NCBI GenBank assembly: GCA_000708835.1
Contig: DF237305.1
Location: 1 to 64,000, forward strand
Direction of reading: 5' to 3'
Length of the DNA: 64,000 nucleotides
DNA from: Klebsormidium nitens
Lineage: Eukaryota; Plantae; Klebsormidiophyceae
Every line of letters starts with the position of its first letter. Positions within the stretch are counted from its first letter, which is position 1. The notes under the pieces are model-generated. The model had not been told where the DNA came from and made no database searches. It saw only the letters and a list, made by a program, of their open reading frames with translations. Both the position numbers and the translations under genes were made by a program. This document shows positions 63,501-64,000 of the stretch, one piece after another.

Positions 63501-63887
63501 AGTTCTCGTTTCATCGTCGTTTTACCCTGGCACGTCAAGCGAACGGAGTGTACTTTTCTGGTGCAGTTCTTGGTGGACCGCAACGGCGTCCCGGTGCGGC
63601 GGTACAAGCCCGGCTTCGATCCCGTGGTGAGGCCCAGCCCGGAGCATGGTATCGGCACGCAGATCCGTCCCGTGACCCTGCACTTGCTGTCCGCCCAAGC
63701 TTCCCGTCTGTCTTCACTTGACGCACATGGGAATCGTTCAGTTGTGCTGTGCCGGATCAGAGGCGGATACCATCACGATATGGATCTGCACGATGATGCC
63801 AAGCCGCTTGTCTTGAAGTAACACCGCCGCCAAATTCTCTCCTGTTCAGAATTTCGAAGAAGATCTGGTGGCGACGCTGGCGGGAAG
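60550..63887 (+). CDS. GPX: Glutathione peroxidase (GPX/PHGPx family), selenocysteine-type, organelle-targeted; 3' end beyond window
   Basis: Exons encode a presequence, KSLYGFTVK..DLSLGKYKNM, VSVVLNIASA(TGA)PLQNVNYP, GLRYLFNKYKDQ, GFALLAFPCNQ, FGGQAPGS, FPVFDK, IDVKG..PVYDFLKS..IEWNYVK, FLVDRNGVPVRRY and NFEEDL. The last visible exon ends at a GT donor at 63888. Confidence 0.92.
61573..61575 (+). other. In-frame TGA at the GPX peroxidatic position (putative selenocysteine codon)
   Basis: Exon 61543-61600 reads GTT TCG GTC GTT CTC AAC ATA GCA TCT GCG TGA CCC CTG CAA AAC GTG AAC TAT CCG G. The TGA aligns with the C/U of the GPX NVASxC/U motif. Confidence 0.85.
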
Positions 63888-64000
63888 GTGAGCGACAGAC
63901 CAGTTAGCGCTTTAGCGGATCAGGCGCGAAATGCCAACTTCAAGAGGATCAAAAGGGTTGCCAGCTGCGGCCACGTCAGCCAAATCCTTTTTGCATTGCA

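Noticed and set aside
1-64000. tRNA, rRNA, CRISPR arrays, snoRNAs, SECIS elements, autonomous transposase or retroelement ORFs
   Set aside because: None recognisable by eye; scattered TGATGA motifs lacked a convincing box D and stem. tRNAscan-SE and Infernal would be needed to exclude them formally.

Overview
Intron-rich eukaryotic nuclear DNA; gene models were built by hand from splice sites and protein motifs. The gene content fits a streptophyte (charophyte-type) green alga such as Klebsormidium: plant-like TOR, DUF177A, C3H and WRC genes occur together with a UGA-selenocysteine GPX and a P5B ATPase, both absent from flowering plants. The organism call is inference. In order: a 280-bp TA-flanked MITE; a CCCH zinc-finger/coiled-coil gene (+); a WRC zinc-finger plus JAB/MPN-like gene (-); a P5B-type ATPase (+); a histidine phosphatase/PGM-family gene (+); SRP receptor alpha (-); a stand-alone type II thioesterase (+) followed 112 bp later by an unrecognised multi-exon gene (+); TOR kinase (-, about 18 kb, one assembly gap); a plastid DUF177/YceD gene (+) head-to-head with TOR; COX6B (-); and a glutathione peroxidase (+) with in-frame TGA at the catalytic site and a Tat-like signal, running off the window end. 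The strongest leads are the WRC-JAB fusion, the possibly thylakoid-lumenal seleno-GPX and the candidate bicistronic thioesterase/orphan locus. Most entries in the supplied ORF track are exon fragments or antisense shadows.
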